Source of the DNA: Macrostomum lignano
Taxonomy: Eukaryota
Length of the DNA: 64,000 bases
Direction of reading: 5' to 3'
Assembly (NCBI GenBank): GCA_002269645.1
Contig: NIVC01000958.1
Location: forward strand, 186,001-250,000
The notes under the pieces are model-generated. The model had not been told where the DNA came from. It worked only from the letters and a program-made list of their open reading frames with translations, and made no database searches. Positions 1-12,699 of the stretch are shown piece after piece. Both the position numbers and the translations under genes were made by a program. Position 1 is the stretch's first letter; every line of letters begins with the position of its first letter.

Positions 1-1476
1 GTGTCTGCAGAAGCGGTCGTCGTGATTTGCAAACTATTAAGCAATCCAAAAGTTAATACAAAGCGTGTAAAAGAGAGTGAAAGGAGAGTGAGAAAAGTAA
101 AGTTTTTAGCATTTAACCCCTCGCTTATTTATAGTAAATTTCCCCGATGAAGTCCCTGTGAAACTGTCTGCGTTATCATTTCCCACGTCTTCCAGCCACC
201 GCGCAATTCCGGCCGATTCTCACGGTTCCCCTTTCTCGTGCGATTTCTGAAATGTCTCTGTTAAAAATGTAATTGAACCCCGCCCCACATAAAGGCATAC
301 AACCCCTCTAAAGTGGAAGCAGACTTTTAGGGCGGCCTGCACTCGCCCTTTGCAATGCCGTCATCAAGCACTTGTGGCTTTTTGTAAGAGTGCAGCTGTC
401 CACAACTGCTACACTCCACCACGCTCTGATAACAATGCAATTCCCTAATTTCCTAAATCCTAAGTCCTATTCCTAATAGTTCCTACGATAGTCCCTAAAT
501 ATCGGTTGATTACCATCCTTATACTTACCCGAAGAACATTGGGTGGAAGCCGGTATTTGAAAAGGAAACTTCGTTATCAACGCTACTCTACTTAGCACCA
601 GAGTTCCAGAGGAAATCATTTAGAAAGGCCATGTTATTCCGCGCCTTAGACGTGGAATAACGTTATTCTGGAGGTCGACCGGGAGGTCGACTGACTGCGT
701 GCTGCATGCGATAGTCGAGAAAATTGAACGGACGTCATCTTTGAAGCGTTTTAGAGAGCTTTTCAAAATCACAAAGCTCATGCTACCCTCATACGGTTGT
801 TCATGTACATAATCTCATGTGCATGTACACGGTCACAGCCCCCACTCCTTGGGCAAACTGCCTCCGACAGATCTGAAAAAGAGGACCCCAGGGCGGATTA
901 CTCTCCCGGACGCTGTGGAGCCTGGGTATGGACGCTTTTCTGGGTGACCCCCGACCTGACCCCGTCTTCAAAGTTTGGTATGCTGACGTCGTCACTGCCA
1001 GTGGCAGGGCCGTCTGCCAGAACGCTCAGGGATCTGATGCAGAGCCTTATCCACAGATCAGAATTCTGGGCTAATAATAATGGGCGTCCGCGCCTTCCCA
1101 CTGTGTTCCCTCGGGTATTGTTTGAAAAATAAATGAATATCACTACTCTGGATGTAAAAGTAGATTTCAAATATTTCCAAGAGTACTCACATGCACATGC
1201 CTAAAAGAACCTCAGAGGCCAGTATATGCAGACACACGCATTTAACATTTAACATTTAATGAGCATGTATGAGCATGTAGCATATATTTAAATTGCATGT
1301 AACGTATTTTTAAGTTATCACAGATTTCACAAAAAGTATAAGAGTGCGAGCTACACACCATTTACAATTTAAACCAGTCATTTACTTTGTCCATCCTAGG
1401 CGGAAGTGAAACTGGGTCTCCATGAGACTCCGTAACTACATGTACGGGTAAATTGGTCTCTACTGCTATTGGCTGA

Positions 1477-4268
1477 TCAGATAGAGAGAATTGGCGGATC
1501 AACATCGGCATTGAAGCTTTTTTCATGTCCAAGACGTCGTCGCGCTATTACGAGCATATACTGTGCCAGTGCCATCAAAGTAAGGACAGGCGCGATAACC
1601 GCAGTAACCCCAATTAAAACCATGGGTAGCATATGCTCGTTCGTTTAGGAATATGACTAGTTTGTAGCTGGGCAGCCGGAAGCATCCAGGTGTGAACGGC
1701 ACGGCTGAAGTCTCCGCATCTGTTTCCGATCGCATCCGGGAAGCTGATCAGAGCCAGAAGCTACTCACTGCAGTCCGTGAAGTTCACCAGCCCGAGTACC
1801 TCGCCATCAATGGTGAGATTGACAGCTCTGAGCGAGCCGCAGGAGACAGAGGAGTTCTTAGTCTTGACAACATGGTACCTGGAATTCAAGTGTTAGGAGT
1901 TTGGGATTTGTATGCGATTTGACTAGCAAGCAAGATTAGCAAAATTTTATGACTATTGACTAACGATTACTCTCGAGTTAAGAAACTCACAGCTTATCAG
2001 CATCCTCGAACTCAGCTATTTTGCAGCCAGCTTCTGCCCCGCAGTTCAGGTAGAAGACCTTCTTGGTCCTGTGCTCATAGAACAGTCCGATGCGAAGCCT
2101 CTGTGCGAGATTCAGCGGCTCCTTGCTGCGGGTGCTCAGGCCGGAGCCGACGCGAGTTCGCTGGCCTGAAGCCGGTGTTCAAGTGGAGTGAAATTGTGAA
2201 AAAGTTAAGCTCTGCTGCTTACCTAAAACTCTATCGCTACACAATGATGTTGCTCATGATAGTGCTTACTACTGCGAGTAAGATTAGCTCATTTGAGTAG
2301 CAATGCGATCTTTTATGGTAGATCCTGCCTCTACTGGGTTAAGTTCCACTAAGAGACTTAAAAGCCACCGGTTCACTCCAGCTTACTCTCTCTGACGAAG
2401 TTCTGCAGAGCCGCGGAGCTGTTGAAGCTGGCGAGCCTCATGACTCCGCTGTCAGCGTTCATCGCAGCCAGCTCAGCAGTCAGGTTCCGACGAACCGATC
2501 CAGTGATGTAGCAGCTGCTCTCAAAATTAGTCATGCTTCTGCCGCAGAATCCCGGCTCCATCAGCCGAATATGTAGACCCGGAATATTTGCAGAGCTTCT
2601 CCGATTCAGCCGAAATGAGACCGTCAGGTAGCTCCTACAGTTTCGTGTAGAGCACTGTGATTAGTTTCGAGTAAGGAAAATCTTTTTTTTAAAACAGTCC
2701 AGCATCGGGCCAGCTTTATCGTACCCTTTTGTCAGTTTCAGCACGCGCAGCATTTCCAGCTATACGGGCTTTGGCTCGTTTGTTGAAGGCGACGAGCAAG
2801 TCGCTGGAAAGTTCAAGTTCCATTGGGAGTTGACTGCTTTTATTGAGTACCGGCTAGAAGTCCGTAGTGTGGTATTAAAACCTACAGACTTCTCGCTCAC
2901 ACTTGCCATTCAACAAGTGCAGACTTCACTACTGCACAAAGCATTTATGCGTAGGCGTGAAGTTCGATTTTATCATCTCTACTGTTTGGTTTCAACTTCC
3001 TCAAACTATATAACTTCTGTTTCGCCAGGGGCCGCCTTAGTTATTAACTCTCTTCGTTTGGCTACCAGACGGATAATTAGATGCTGTATTATCTGTATTA
3101 AGCATTTTGTTGGTAATTAACTGAATGGACGTTATTAAACAGCTTTTAGATGTTCTTTTTCTAGTAAAAGACTACCAGGTAACTGCATGCGAACAGGAAA
3201 TAAAAATTAGAACTAGACAAAATCGAATATTATAATTTTTTCTCCAATTGTGCTCAAAGCTATGCTTACAGTCCGAAGCCTTCGAGTGCAGTTCGAATCG
3301 CATCGATTGTTGCTGTGTAGCTGAGTCCACAGATCTGGGCCACCTCCGCTTGCTTATGTGAGCCTCCGTGTCAAAGCCAGTCAGAACCACAACGGCTTTG
3401 TCAAGATAGTCAGTCAGAATCTTCCATTTGCAGTTGAGGCCTTCCTCAGGCACGGCTCTCCGTAAGTTTTAGGGATGATTCGATCCTCAATGAACTCGAG
3501 TTGTAGGCTGAGCTGGAACTCATTGGTGTTGCCACGCGGATAGCAGTACTGGTTGCCTGCCAGAGTTCTGAAGAGAAGAGTAAAAGGGTGGGACTGTAGA
3601 TTTATTGTAAATGGACACTTAGAAGTTACTGGAAGGCCCACTTAAGATTTGGTCTACTAAAAACGTTTTTTTCTGAGCTATTATTAGCAAAATGTGTTGA
3701 TTATGTGATTAATTGGCTTTTCGGTCGGCACTTCAGTTTTTTCTCGCATACCTACCTGTTAAGTAATACGAGTATGTTTCATATTTTAACAATGTATAGA
3801 ATGCATAGTAATATATTATTATCATCAGCTATGCTCTATACGTATGAACGTGTAGAAATGCCATCGATTTTGGGGCAAGATTCTAGCTGAAATCAATACG
3901 ATAAATGGGTGAGTATCTTCTTACTATCCTACTGATAGTAAAAAGACAAGAAAATTTTGTGTAAAGAACAAGTGCTTTTTAACCAACTGAGGTACTATGA
4001 TATAATGCAATTATCTTTAGTACATTAATGTACGTTGACAGCGCCAGACTCGCAAGGACAGGTGGGCCCCATATTCGAATTCAGTATGAATTCAATCAGT
4101 ATGACGCACCCAAAGCGTGGCGTTCTAAAAGCATTTAATTCACCTGAAGCAACAATTGGAATCCGCTACAGAAATCCCAGTTGGTGCAAGAAATTAGCTT
4201 CGCATCACTTACATTTGAAATGTGGCAGACAGCAGCAGAAGAGTCGACAGGCTTCTGCCTATCACTAT
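1477..4268 (-). pseudogene. CUB-like + CTLD + TM receptor family, copy A (pseudogene)
   Basis: Six exons with GT-AG borders matching the paralogues: 4268-4213, 3567-3270, 2803-2725, 2634-2387, 2165-1991 and 1878-~1477. Lesions: start ATG->ATA (4266-4268); exon 2 is 298 nt versus 299 nt in copy F (1-nt frameshift near 3453-3465); in-frame TAG at 1761-1763 (CAG in paralogues C and E); a further frameshift before the TM-like segment MLPMVLIGVTAVIAPVLTLMALAQYMLVIARRR. Confidence 0.85.
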
Positions 4269-6342
4269 GCGTAAATTCAAATACGCGTACTATACGAAAT
4301 TTTTAATTTTAGCAATCTGATTAATGATTTAGCTCGTAGTAATACCCGGATGTAGTGACACATTTCTTGGCTTTTAGCTCGTAGTTTACTCAACCCTGCT
4401 GCCAAGGAATTTTAGCTGTAAAATCGTGTAGATTTAATTCTTTATTTGATTTTAAATATAACATAGCATCTGGTGAGACTGTGAGACAACTCAGCCTTTG
4501 CTCTGACTTACCTGAACATACTTATACTCTAGTGACTCTAATGAACCCCGGTAGCTTTGACGCTTGTATGTATTACAAAGAAATCATCGCGTACGTTGAA
4601 TTCGAAAATCATTTAGCAATCGAAGTAAAATACACAATGCACATTGCCCTAAGGACTCGAGAACGAGAATGTCTGTTAATCGAACGACAGTAGAAAATTC
4701 TGTGGGAACAAAAAATATTTTGTTTAACATTCTTAACTACTATTTATTCTTCTTTCTATCTTTCCTTAAACAAATATCTTGACAAAAAGAACTCTTTAAC
4801 ATTGCTATCAAATTATGCTCAAATTTATTAAACAACTATGGTAACTAAATGTGCACGAAACTCAACTCACTGTCCATGTGGACTCATACTCACCAAGAGA
4901 TGTTGGCCAACTCCAGCTTCCTGCAGACTTAATACAAGAAAATTTAGGAAGGGAGCACCGCGGAAAACCCATGATTTTACAGGCGAAGCCGCGGTAACGC
5001 CGTGGCAGATCAACGGTTTTTCCACGGTGAATTTTCTCTAAAGCAGTTGAAATTTGCCTTCCTTTCAAGTACAACTAAAAGGCAATTCCATGGCTCTTCC
5101 ATGGAAATTCAGTCAGTAGAATTGTTTAAATCACCTAACGGCCGTGGGCTAGCCAGACAATCTGAAGAGTTGATTCGGGAGGTGATCAGTCCCCCGAAAA
5201 CTCCCACTTCCAGACACTTAAGCCTGGGAACAGAATCAGTGATCACTTACTGTTGCGGGCTCCTCTTCTTTGTCGCGCGTGTCTGTAGAGCTCGTCTCCT
5301 TAGAGCTGTTCCTCCCGGGGTAGTCTTCTTGAAGTCTAGAATCGGCCGAAAGTGAGAGCGTAACAATTAAATCGACGTCGCAGTATTTCTTCAAGTGCAG
5401 AATTCAATGTATTCCTCGAGTGCAGAAATCAATATCAACGATGCGCCCTAATAACAAAATCAACTTCAATACGAGGTCCTCCAGAAAGGGCGTCTTCTTC
5501 TAGAACTAACGGAATCGGAGTCGTGTGCTCCTATCGGTTAATCTAGGATAACCAAAATCAACCAATCGATAATCCTCTAAGGGTATCGGAATCGGTCCGC
5601 AGATCCTATCCAATCCCTTAGGAAAAGGGAGGCCTCAAACTCAATAGACTCAATAAAATCAACTGAACAGTAACGGCCGGCAATAACAATCGCTCTCAAT
5701 AATCACAATAACGAAGACTTGAACAAAGCTTACCAATTGGTGTTTATCTCTTCCTCAGAGATATAGCCTCGTTGGCTGCTCTTGCAAAGCCCAAGATCTT
5801 TGGAGGCTGCTCCGAGTCTGAGACTTCAGCTCGGATTTTGCGTTTGTATTTATACACAATTTTTCGGCCAAGGCGCAAGAAGTGAGGACGACTAGCCATC
5901 CATTATCGTTTTGAACGTAAAAGATTTTGAACAACAAACTTAGCAAAGTAAGGTACCAAGCGAGTTATTCTAAAATTGATAGACAGGCTGATTTCCTAAT
6001 TCGCAGAATCGCTGAGTCCCAGTTTTCTAATTTCTATAGATTGGACTTGTCCTTTAGAAGTTATCTTTATTTTCAGAATACTCGTATACTGCATCCGTTT
6101 GTAAATATTATGTCAAAAAGGCAGAAAAATAAATTTTGAATTTCCGCGCAAAATTAAAACAAATTTGAAATTTGAACAAAATTTAAATTCACGCGGATAT
6201 TCAAAATCTCACGTTCGTTAAATTCTGGCAATCTGGCGCCCCCTTTGGCACTTCATTGGCCCTGAAATACAAATACTTGAATTGTGGTTGCTGTATGATC
6301 TTATTTCTTTTTCTAGATTGGGAAGTCAAATAAAGGGCGCAT

Positions 6343-6567
6343 GACTAAGACCGCCACATACCAAGACCACCACAGCTATTACTGGCTACTGGTATTGAGG
6401 GGGAGCTACCAATCTTCTAGCATTGCTATTCCTCTCATAGGTTCTTTTCTCGCTGCTGGCTCTCCTACCCACTCATCTCCTCTCTAGCACCATCTAATAA
6501 CACATAAATTCAAATTTCTCCCTTAGCTCCCCAAGTGTGGCGGTCTTGGTGTGTGGCGGTCTTGGTC
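6343..6567. mobile_element. MITE-like element with ~31-bp imperfect terminal inverted repeats
   Basis: GACTAAGACCGCCACATACCAAGACCACCAC at 6343 matches the reverse complement of GTGGCGGTCTTGGTGTGTGGCGGTCTTGGTC ending at 6567 (28/31). No coding capacity and no clear TSD. Confidence 0.55.
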
Positions 6568-7719
6568 CTATACCAAATAAAGGGTGAGTAGAGTAGTCAA
6601 ATAAATTAATCTTATGCTGGAGTACAATGAGATACTGAATGTTAGCATTTTAAGCAAAGCGATAATATTGTTTGGAATTCTGTTTACACTAGAGCAGTAT
6701 CGCCCTTCGATACATATCGGCTGTTTTGTGATTTTAATTTACAGTTGCTCAAGTTGCACTAAAGTCGCAATCAACCCGCAGGTGACAGAATCCGCTGCCA
6801 GCAGACCTCATAGCTGGCTAGCCGTGGTTTGGCTACTCGGGACGCTGTTCACCTCCCTGGCTGAACGAGGCCATCACTGATTTTGTCCGCTGAGATGGAG
6901 TTCCGCGACGATGGCCGGCCGGCGGCCACGTTCTGATGCTTGGCGGTGCCGCCTAGTGAGTCATTGCATCCTACCACAACAGATAAGCACATTCCATCCA
7001 TAATTGACTCGTCTAAAGCAAATACCCCCAGTCGGAATCCATAAATCCTTATCTGATTACAACTGTAACGTAAATTCTGAATTGTACTTATGAATTGTAC
7101 TTCTGAATTAACACCCCTCGTAAATTGAATTACGAGGTACTTCGAGTATAAAAGTTCAGTAAAACAGAAATACTGAAGTAACTGACTAAAAATGACATTA
7201 GGATTTAGGGGTCCGGTGGGAGCGCCACTCCTCCCAGCGCTCCCTAGGAACTTTTATTACCTGGATACCTAGGTACTTCTTCCTAGGTACTAGAATTTAC
7301 CTTGGCTAGTAATCAGCATACTGTGATTTACTTTGCTAAAATTCTACAGTTTTTGACGCTGGGCCGCTAAATCATTGATGAAACAAGTTGCAACCTTATA
7401 AACTGTAAATTAATATCACAAAACAGCCGACATGTATCGAAGCAACGAAACTAACCATGCAGTCAAAACACATTTTGCACTGTCATTCAGATTCTGCCCG
7501 ATCGCTACGAGGGCTTCCAGCGCGCTCTGCCGTTGCCGGAGTGCAGCGGGCGAGATTGCCGCCTGGCCACTCGGTTGCCGGCATTCTTTGTCCAGCCGGA
7601 CCTGGAGCCCAGGATCATATTTTCAGAATTTAACTGGCAATCAGCGCCCCCCCCGTTGGGGAGCCAAAAAATGCAGTAGAAGTTCTTTTTAATAAACTAC
7701 ATGTAGATTGTAGTGTCTC

Positions 7720-8600
7720 TTTGCAATAACCTCAGCAATCGCTTGTAAGCGTTGACATCTCAGCAATTCCTCCCTCCACAAGTCCTAACACATCAAACTC
7801 CCCCTTGACATCTGAGCGATGATCCCCATAAGCCTTGAAATCTTGAAAAATCTGTCAACCCTAACTCTAAGCCTAACCCAAACCCTAACTAACCCTAAAG
7901 CATTGCCATTTCAGTAATTCTCCCCAAGAGTCATTAGAACATTACAGCATTATAGCAATTCCCTCCAAGCCTTGACATCGTAGCGATTCCCAAATGAATC
8001 TCCTAACTTCGACATGACACTTCTTTATATCTTATTATTATCTTATTATTAAAATGACGCTTCTTCTATTAGCGCCCCTCGTGGGGAACCAACAAAGAAT
8101 GTAATAAAAAAGTGAATAAACTAGATGTAGCTTCTGAATTTTACCTAGACATCTCAGAAATCCCTCATAAGCATTTACGAGTACATCTCAGTTATTCCCC
8201 GTGAGCCTTAACATCTTAGTAATTCTCCTCAAGAGTCACAGCACAGTTTCACGTGACTCTTCTTTTATTTTGACATGACGCTTCATTTGATTTTTACATA
8301 ACGCTTCCTTTATGTTTTGCATGACGTTTCTTTTGTGTTTTACATGATGCTCCTATTATTTTTTACAAGACTTGAAAAAAAGCAAAAAGGCTTGACATCT
8401 CAAAATCCCCCCGTAAACCTTAAAATCTCAGAAATTCTTCCAAAGAGTCACAGCAGAGTTTACGGGAGGCTTCTTTTAATTTCAACATGAAGCTTTTTCA
8501 TTTTACATGACGCTTTTTAAGTTTTGAAATGACGCTCCTTTTGACATGACGCTTCTTTTTACATGATGCTTATTGATTTTTAAATAATGCTTCTATTTTT
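7720..8600. repeat. Degenerate AT-rich tandem repeats (CTTGACATCT.. and TTTTACATGACGCTTCTT-like units)
   Basis: Recurrent TGACAT/ACATGACGCT motifs at roughly 20-25-bp spacing. Includes a short degenerate TAACCC run at 7857-7898. Confidence 0.5.
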
Positions 8601-8638
8601 TAGAACTACGAGGTCATCTGCACCCTGCAGAGCTCATT

Positions 8639-11328
8639 GTGGTCAACTCGAGCAAACCATATGGCTTACTTGGTCGCGATCTGTTGGACGCGGAGGACCT
8701 CTTTCACACCACAAGTGTGCCCCAGAACAACACCCGCGTAGTTGAGCCACTGCCTACCATAAAAGGCGTGAAAGCTCGCATGGAGGTTGTTGACGGTGCC
8801 AGACCCAGATTCTGCCGTGCTCGATCCGTGCCTATTGCAATTGAGGGGCAGATTAACGCCGAACTCGACCGCTTGCAACAGCTAGGAATAATTGAACCCA
8901 TCGAGGGACCCGTGAGCAATGCGTCGCCCGTGGTGTGGGTGAAAAAGAAAGATGGCACCTTGCGCATGTGTGCCGATTACAGTGTACACGTGAATGAGAA
9001 AATAAAGTCCGACTCTCATCCGATCCCCAATGTAGAAATCCTTTTCTCACGCTTGAAAAACGCAAAAGTCTTCGCCACCGTCGACCTCCGCTCGGCCTAC
9101 TGGCAAATTGAACTGGATGAAGCGTCCAGAGATCTCTCTATCATCAACACGTCGCGTGAACTGTACCGAGTAAACAGACTGCAAATGGGTATGAAAAACG
9201 CCTCGTTCATCTTCCAGAGAACTATGGAATCAATTTTTTCAGACATCAAAGGACTGCTGATTTATCAAGACGACATCCTGGTGCACGCACCAGATGCGGC
9301 TACTCTAGAAAAGCGCCTTGCCGCGGTGCGCACCCGACTACAAGAAAAGCGCGTCACCATCAACGAGTCAAAGTGCATCAACTACACCGATTCCATCTCT
9401 TTTCTTGGATTCAAGATCTCTGCCGCCGGAATCCAGCCAGACGATCGGCTTGTTGAAAAAGTCAGAAAAGTTTCTGCACCGACTAACAAATCTGAGCTCG
9501 CGAGCTTTCTGGGACTAGTCAACTTCTTTGGGAGACTGATTCCGAACTTCGCTCGAAAGACCGCTTCTCTTAACCATCTGCGAAAATCCAACGTCAACTT
9601 TGACTGGACCGACGAGTGCTCTCGAGCTTTTAATAACCTCAAAGCCGAAATCGCCTCTGCGCCAATAGTGCAGCCCTATAGCCTATCAAAGGAGCTGACT
9701 CTAACAACGGATGCCTCAAAGAGCTCAATAGCTGCTGTAGTGACTCAGGAAGGGCATCCCGTAATATTTGTATCAAGAACGCTGTCATCCGCCGAATCAA
9801 ATTATTTAAATATTGAGCGCGAGGCCCTCGCCATCTTCTGGGCCGTCGCTCGACTGAAGCACTTCCTTCATGGCCGTCACTTTACAATCAAGACAGATCA
9901 TCAGCCACTGACTCGCCTTTTCCGCGGTGGCATCCCTCTGAACACATCGGCGAGAATCGGGCGCTGGGCTATTCATCTCATGCAATTTGACTTCAACATC
10001 GAGTACGTGCGAGGCCGCGACATTCCACACGCTGACGCTTTATCTCGGCTCCGCTTTGATCACCCTTCAGCAGACGACAAGGAAACGTTTGATGCTATCA
10101 ACGTCGTGGTATTTGAATCGCCGGTAATCGAGGCCGGAAGAATTTTGGCAGAAATGGACGCAGACCCGTTCACCCAGAAGATTTTAATGAGAGTACGCAA
10201 TGGAAATTGGCAAGGTTGCTCGCAGGCAGAGTCAAGCTTCAAAGCCGTTTCCGAAAAGCTAACGCTGGAAAACGGACTTCTTTACATGCAGAGGAGGGTT
10301 TACATCCCCCCACGGTTGCGCCGGGCTGCCTTTGACGCAATCCATGACACCCACTCTGGAATTCATACAACCTGCTTTCAGCGTCTTGCTGGTGGCCTGG
10401 GATGCAACAGGATGTGTCACGATTTGTCCAACGCTGCCCGGTCTGCAGCCGCCTTCGACCGCGTGTCGGCCACGACAGGGATCGATGGCCCGCCCCGGAC
10501 TATCCATTCCAACGCATTCACATGGACTGGGCGCATGTAAGAGGAGCTGGCGACATACTGATTATCGTTGACGCTCATTCTGGCTGGATAGAAGCGTTTC
10601 CCTGCCAAAACAGAGTGGCCAGCAATGTCCAGCGGTGCCTCTGCGCCATCCTTGCACGCTTTGGTATGCCGGAGCTGGTTGTGTCAGACAACGCACCCGA
10701 ATTTGTGGCCGATAGCCTCAACGCATGGCTGCGCGCACATGGAGTGAAGAAAATGGAGTCACCCGCCTACTATCCTCAGGCAAACGGCCTCGCAGAAAGG
10801 GCAGTGCAGACCGTTAAATCAGCGCTGCGTGCATGGTCGGAGAGAATAACTCACATAGATTTCCCATTCTACCTGCAAAAAGTGCTCATGCACCATCGCA
10901 ACTCCTCAAGAAGCCGCGGCCAGTGCCCAGCCGAGTTGGTGCTTGGTAGACGGCTTCGTGTACCGGTCGTCTCACAGTTCGAGCAAGGAGACAACGTCAT
11001 CTACCAGCCGCAGAAAACAACTCAGGGAAGCCAGGCTACATTTCTAATGACTGCTGGACACAATACGGCATGGATTTTAGACGATGAGAGCCTGAAGCTG
11101 GCCAGCACCAATCAGTTGGCCCCATCAATGCCACAGCAGGACGCCCTTACAGCGGACGAAGAGGAAGCGAATGACAATCTGCCTGTGCAACAGCCCCCGA
11201 TGCAAATGGCGGCCGGAGAAGAGAACGCACCAACGACCCATGAGCAGGATGCCCCAGAGCAACCGAATGACAACCCGATGCGCCGAAGCTCGCGAAATCG
11301 TCGGGCCCCTGATCGATTCGTGCCGTAA
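8639..11328 (+). pseudogene. pol: Gypsy pol polyprotein (RT-RNaseH-integrase), frameshifted
   Basis: ORFs 8639-10540 and 10402-11328 join by a frameshift near 10370 (GIHTT / LLSASCWWPGMQQDV) inside the integrase zinc finger. Confidence 0.9.
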
Positions 11329-11492
11329 TTGCTGAACAGTATAGACGCTGATTAAATTCCAAACTTTCAACGAATTCGCCGTTACTTTGTTAAGCACCAA
11401 GCTCCCTAAGCTCACCCGTTCATACTCAAACCCACTAATCAATAACCACCAACGCTTTTCCGTTGCAATTCTCATTCCCTCGAAGGGGGACA

Positions 11493-11668
11493 TGTTGTAT
11501 ACCGATCCGAATCCAATGTACTTTTATTTTCAGTCGTTGCCCCAGCGTTAATTTATTTGTCTGTGTCCCAAACAGCTACCGACTGATTCTGACTCTATAA
11601 AGGCTTGCCGTTACTTATATCGTTAAATAAAATATACATTCAACTTAAGCTACGCTCTCGTTATAACA
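11493..11668 (+). repeat. 176-bp 3' LTR
   Basis: TG...CA ends with a 6/7 terminal inverted repeat, immediately after the PPT. TATAAA at 11596 and AATAAA at 11626. Confidence 0.85.
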
Positions 11669-12548
11669 GCTTTCGGCTCAGCACAGAATCAAAGCACAAA
11701 ACACAACACTTTCAAACATTTAGAAAAAGGTGCCATAAGCTCCTCTCTGCCTTATGAATTATGATAGCCGACCCAGTCTTTCAAGTTTCTTGCAAAAGGT
11801 GCCATATGCCCTATCTGGGAAAGGGAATTAGGAATCTTGGATTCGGATTCCAAACATGATCGAGGAATCAGGGATAGGGAATTAAGAATCGGGGATTGAG
11901 ATTAAAAATGAGCTTTTCTCGGTTCTATGATTTCTGGCAGTCTTTCAAACATTAGACATTCAAACATTAAACATCAACTATTCTTTCAAACATTATATAT
12001 ACTACACCTTGTGGGATTACACGCAGGTGCGGAATAGTTGAGGGGGGGTTAAAGGCCTATTCAAAGGCTTAATAAACTTCATAATGAAGATTTCCGTCTG
12101 CGAAAACTCTGATTCCCGCCCTTATGCGCCACATCCCCCCCTACTCCTGTAGGTTAGGGTGATGCTCAAATTGGCTCGGGAAAGCTGGAATTGGCGCCGA
12201 AAGTCAAATTTGGCGCCAGGATCACCAAATCGGCGCCAGGATCCCCAAATCAGCGCTGGAATGTGCCAGCATATATCAGCTTGCTACTTCTGGGCGCCAA
12301 GTTTAATATACCGGCGCTAATTTCAGCCTTTGGGCGCCCATTTTAGCGCCCTGGCAAGGTCAATGCATTTAGTTCTCACGCAATGGAGCCGAAAAAAAAG
12401 TTTTTTCTTTTTTGAATTAGTGCCATGTATCTTGACAACCAATGCGAGTCAAGTTCCGGCGTCTGCTCCCCACAGCCCCGCAATGACATATCCTAACCAT
12501 TGTGGGCTGGCCCGCGCGAAGGGAGCCTACCCCACCGTGGGGCGGACC

Positions 12549-12695
12549 CCGCTAACGGGCTATTTTAGCGTGGGATGGGCTCCGCTAACGGGCTATTTTT
12601 AGCGTGGGATGGGCTCCGCTAACGGGCTATTTTTAGCGTGGGATGGGCTCCGCTAACGGGCTATTTTTAGCGTGGGATGGGCTCCGCTAACGGGC
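12549..12695. repeat. 34-bp tandem repeat, ~4.3 copies
   Basis: Unit CCGCTAACGGGCTATTTTTAGCGTGGGATGGGCT, at spacings 33, 34, 34 and 34. Confidence 0.9.
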
Positions 12696-12699
12696 GGCC

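Larger units (their letters stand above)
8603..11668 (+). mobile_element. 5'-truncated Ty3/Gypsy LTR retrotransposon (pol + 3' LTR)
   Basis: Domain order is protease C-terminus (LLGRD), RT (YQDD), RNase H (TDAS...EREALA...TDH), integrase (HHCC; VDAHSGW, SDNAPEF, AERAVQ). Polypurine tract GAAGGGGGA at 11482-11490, then an LTR TGTTGTA...TATAACA at 11493-11668. gag, the protease catalytic motif and the 5' LTR are absent. Confidence 0.95.

Noticed and set aside
797-1170. Short ORFs at the window start
   Set aside because: No recognisable motifs or consistent splice structure.
5163-5757. Possible solo LTR (TGAAGAG...TTCCTCA) where homology with copy C ends
   Set aside because: The flanks CAATC / GAGAT are not a TSD, and no PBS or PPT is visible.
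7857-7898. Interstitial telomere
   Set aside because: Only ~40 bp of degenerate TAACCC units, too short to interpret.
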